Source: an uncultured Candidatus Rokubacteria bacterium (GTDB lineage Bacteria > Methylomirabilota > Methylomirabilia > Rokubacteriales > CSP1-6). Taken from it: a stretch of 64,000 nt of DNA. The DNA is taken from assembly GCA_963747235.1 (NCBI GenBank), contig CAVVEU010000002.1:32001-96000 (forward strand). The letters run 5' to 3'. Both the position numbers and the translations under genes were made by a program. This document shows, in pieces, positions 61,356 through 64,000 of this stretch (its first letter is position 1; the number at the start of each line of letters is the position of its first letter). The notes beneath the pieces were generated by a model that was not told where the DNA came from, did not search any database, and saw only the letters and a program-made list of their open reading frames with translations.

Positions 61356-62675
61356 GTGCCGTCAGCCCTGCCGGACAAGCTGCGCAGTATCGTCGGCGCC
61401 CCCCATGTGCTCACGGGCGTGGACTGCTCGCCGTATCTGGTCGAGGGCCGCACGCCGGACGCGGTGGTCTTCCCGGGCACGAAGGAAGAGGTCGCCGCGG
61501 TGCTGGTGGCGGCCGGCGAGGCGGGCCTGCCGGTCACCCCGTGGGGCGGCGGCACCCGGATGGCGATCGGCTCGCCGCCCAACCGCATCGGGCTCGTGCT
61601 GGGGCTCAAGCGGCTCGACCGGATCCTCGAGCACGAGCCGGGCGATCTCACGGTCACCGTCGAGGCCGGGCTGCCGTTCGACACCCTGCAGGCCGAGCTG
61701 GGCAAGCGCGGGCAGTGGCTCTCGCTCGACGCGGGCGCGTCCAACCGGTCCACCGTGGGCGGCATGCTCGCCAGCGACGCCTCGGGCCCGCGCCGGCACC
61801 TCTACGGCACCGCGCGCGATCTGGTGATCGGGCTCACCGTGGTGATGGCCGACGGCAGCCTCGTGCACGGCGGCGGCAAGGTGGTCAAGAACGTGGCCGG
61901 GTACGATCTGCCGAAGCTCTACATCGGCTCCTTCGGCACGCTCGGCGTGCTGGTGGAGGCGACGCTGAAGCTCCGGCCGCGCGTGGACGTGGACCGGCTG
62001 GTGGTCGCGCGCTTCGATCGGCTCAAGGCCGCGGGCGCGGCCGCGCGCGCGGTGCTGGGCTCCGACCTCATTCCGTCCGCGCTCGAGCTCGCCGACGGGG
62101 AGGCGCTGCGGCGCCTCGGGCTGGGCGGCGGCGCCGCGCTCCTGGTCGGCCTCGACGGCATCGCGGAGCAGGTGGAGTGGGAAGTGGCCGAGCTCTCGCG
62201 CCTGCTCGGCCCGATCGGCCTCGGGGAGACCACCGTGCTCGACGGCGCCGCGCGGGATGACGCCTGGCGCGGGCTGGCCGGCCTCGGGCGTCCGGGCCAC
62301 GAGCGGGTCGCGGCGGTGATGAAGTGGGCGGTGCTGCCCACCCAGGTCGCCGAGCTGATGGAAGCGGGCGCGGCGGCCGCGCAGCGCAATGGCCTCGTGG
62401 GCGCGCTCACCGCGCACGCCGGCGTCGGCATCGTCACCGCGGTGCTGGCGGGCGGCACCAATCCGAACGCGGTGGTGTCCACGCTCACCGAGTGGCGCGC
62501 CCTGGTCAACCGCGTGGACGGGCACGCGATGATCGAGTGGGCCCCGCTCGCGGTGAAGGAACGGGTGGCGGTCTGGGACGCCGCGGGGCCCACGCTGCGC
62601 TTGATGAAGGGCATCAAGGAGCGCCTCGATCCGCGCGGCATCCTGAACCCGGGTCGCTTCGTGGGAGACATCTGA
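61356..62675 (+). CDS. glcE: Glycolate oxidase FAD-binding subunit GlcE-like
   Basis: GGKVVKNVAGYDL, GSFGTLG, DPRGILNPGR. Confidence 0.92.
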   Translation: MPSALPDKLRSIVGAPHVLTGVDCSPYLVEGRTPDAVVFPGTKEEVAAVLVAAGEAGLPVTPWGGGTRMAIGSPPNRIGLVLGLKRLDRILEHEPGDLTVTVEAGLPFDTLQAELGKRGQWLSLDAGASNRSTVGGMLASDASGPRRHLYGTARDLVIGLTVVMADGSLVHGGGKVVKNVAGYDLPKLYIGSFGTLGVLVEATLKLRPRVDVDRLVVARFDRLKAAGAAARAVLGSDLIPSALELADGEALRRLGLGGGAALLVGLDGIAEQVEWEVAELSRLLGPIGLGETTVLDGAARDDAWRGLAGLGRPGHERVAAVMKWAVLPTQVAELMEAGAAAAQRNGLVGALTAHAGVGIVTAVLAGGTNPNAVVSTLTEWRALVNRVDGHAMIEWAPLAVKERVAVWDAAGPTLRLMKGIKERLDPRGILNPGRFVGDI

Positions 62676-62679
62676 GCCG

Positions 62680-64000
62680 ATGGCACACCCGCCCGTGACC
62701 GAGACGAAGCCGTCGCAGCCCCTCACCCTGCACGGGCTCCCCGTGGACGGGGTGGACCGCTGCGTGCACTGCGGGCTCTGCCTCGCCTACTGCCCGACCT
62801 TTTCCGAGCTCGGCACCGAGATGGACTCACCGCGCGGCCGCATCATGCTGATCAAGTCGCTCGCCGAGGGGCGCATCAACTTGACCGACTCCACGGTCGC
62901 GCATCTCGATCTCTGCCTGGGCTGCCGCGCGTGCGAGACGGTCTGCCCGTCCGGCGTGCCGTACGGCCAGCTCATCGAGGCCGCGCGCGCCGAGATCGAG
63001 CGGCAGCGGCCCGGTGGCCTCCTGCGCCGGGCGTTCCGCTGGGTCAACTTCTCGCTGCTGCTGCCGAACCCGGCGCTCCTGCGCCTGGCCGCCACCGGGC
63101 TCCGCTTCTACCAGGTCAGCGGCCTGCGGCGATTGGTGCGCACCTCCGGGCTGCTGCGGTTCCTGCCCGAGCCGCTGCGCCACTGGGAGCCCTTGCTGCC
63201 GGATCTGCCGTCGGGCGCCGATCGCGCGCCCCTGGCCGAGGTGACGCCGGCCACCGGCGTGCGCCGGGTCCGCGTGGGGCTGCTCACCGGGTGCATCCAG
63301 CAGGTGGCCTTCGGCCCGCAGAATCAGGCGACCGCCCGCGTGCTCGCCCGGAATGGCGCCGAGGTGGTCGCGCCGCGGACGCAGGCCTGCTGTGGCGCGC
63401 TCCACGCCCACGCGGGGGAGCACGAGACCGCGCTGGCCCTGGCGCGGCGCACCATCGAGACCTTCGAGGCCGCGGGCGTGGAGCACGTCATCGTGAACAC
63501 GTCCGGCTGCGGCGCGCACATGAAGGCCTACGGCACGCTGCTGGCGGGCGATCCGGCCTGGCGCGGGCGCGCCGAGCGCTTCGCGGCGAGCGTGCGCGAC
63601 GTCTCCGAGTTCCTGGCCGCCGAGCCGCTGCGCGGGCCGCTGCGCGAGGTGAAGCGGACCGTCACGTATCACGATCCGTGTCACGTGGCGCACGGGCAGA
63701 AGATCCGCGCGCAGCCGCGCGCGCTGCTCGGGCAGATCCCGGGGTTACGGATAGTCGAGCTCCCGGAAGCCGACTGGTGCTGCGGCTCCGCCGGCACCTA
63801 CAACCTGACCCAGCCGGAGATGGCCACGCGGCTGCAGGCGCGGAAGATCGCGCACGTGCGGGCCACCGGCGCCGACGCGGTGGTGACCGCCAACCCGGGC
63901 TGCATCATCCAGATCGTCCAGGGGCTGCGCGCGAAGGGCTCGCCGATCCAGGTGCTCCACATCGTGGAGCTCCTCGATCAGGCCTACCGTGGACACCCTC
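62680..64000 (+). CDS. glcF: Glycolate oxidase Fe-S subunit GlcF-like, 3'-truncated (not in ORF track)
   Basis: CVHCGLCLAYCP, CLGCRACETVCP, CCGALH, CCGSAG, ANPGC. Confidence 0.92.
   Translation, partial: MAHPPVTETKPSQPLTLHGLPVDGVDRCVHCGLCLAYCPTFSELGTEMDSPRGRIMLIKSLAEGRINLTDSTVAHLDLCLGCRACETVCPSGVPYGQLIEAARAEIERQRPGGLLRRAFRWVNFSLLLPNPALLRLAATGLRFYQVSGLRRLVRTSGLLRFLPEPLRHWEPLLPDLPSGADRAPLAEVTPATGVRRVRVGLLTGCIQQVAFGPQNQATARVLARNGAEVVAPRTQACCGALHAHAGEHETALALARRTIETFEAAGVEHVIVNTSGCGAHMKAYGTLLAGDPAWRGRAERFAASVRDVSEFLAAEPLRGPLREVKRTVTYHDPCHVAHGQKIRAQPRALLGQIPGLRIVELPEADWCCGSAGTYNLTQPEMATRLQARKIAHVRATGADAVVTANPGCIIQIVQGLRAKGSPIQVLHIVELLDQAYRGHP

Overview
Replication-origin region of a very GC-rich bacterial chromosome. 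Gene content and style suggest Candidatus Rokubacteria/Methylomirabilota; this is an inference and was not tested. The core is rpmH-rnpA-yidD-yidC-rsmG-parS-parAB-mnmA-atpFHAGDC on the minus strand and dnaA-oriC-dnaN-recF-gyrB-gyrA-serS-tRNA cluster-tadA-large SRP RNA-dnaX-ybaB-recR-glcDEF on the plus strand. The left arm holds housekeeping and accessory genes (greA, ppiD, trmI, gcdH, rmlACB, rph, rdgB, amidase, smpB/ssrA, ubiX), and the window has 9 intact tRNAs. About 14 genes, several essential, are broken by single-base indels in G/C runs, which points to long-read assembly error rather than pseudogenes. No CRISPR, transposase or integrase was seen. Best candidates for new biology: (1) a rhodanese-MoeB/E1 fusion with an in-frame UGA at the conserved Cys, followed by a SECIS-like hairpin (predicted selenoprotein); (2) a TetR-controlled module pairing a PagL-like beta-barrel with an uncharacterised lipoprotein that ends in a CxxCH heme motif; (3) a REC/HD-GYP/degenerate-CPBP/kinase operon behind a sigma54-type promoter; (4) an inter-tRNA patch with a decayed tRNA-Arg(UCG) and small orphan genes; (5) a dnaX ribosome-binding site buried in the SRP RNA helix.
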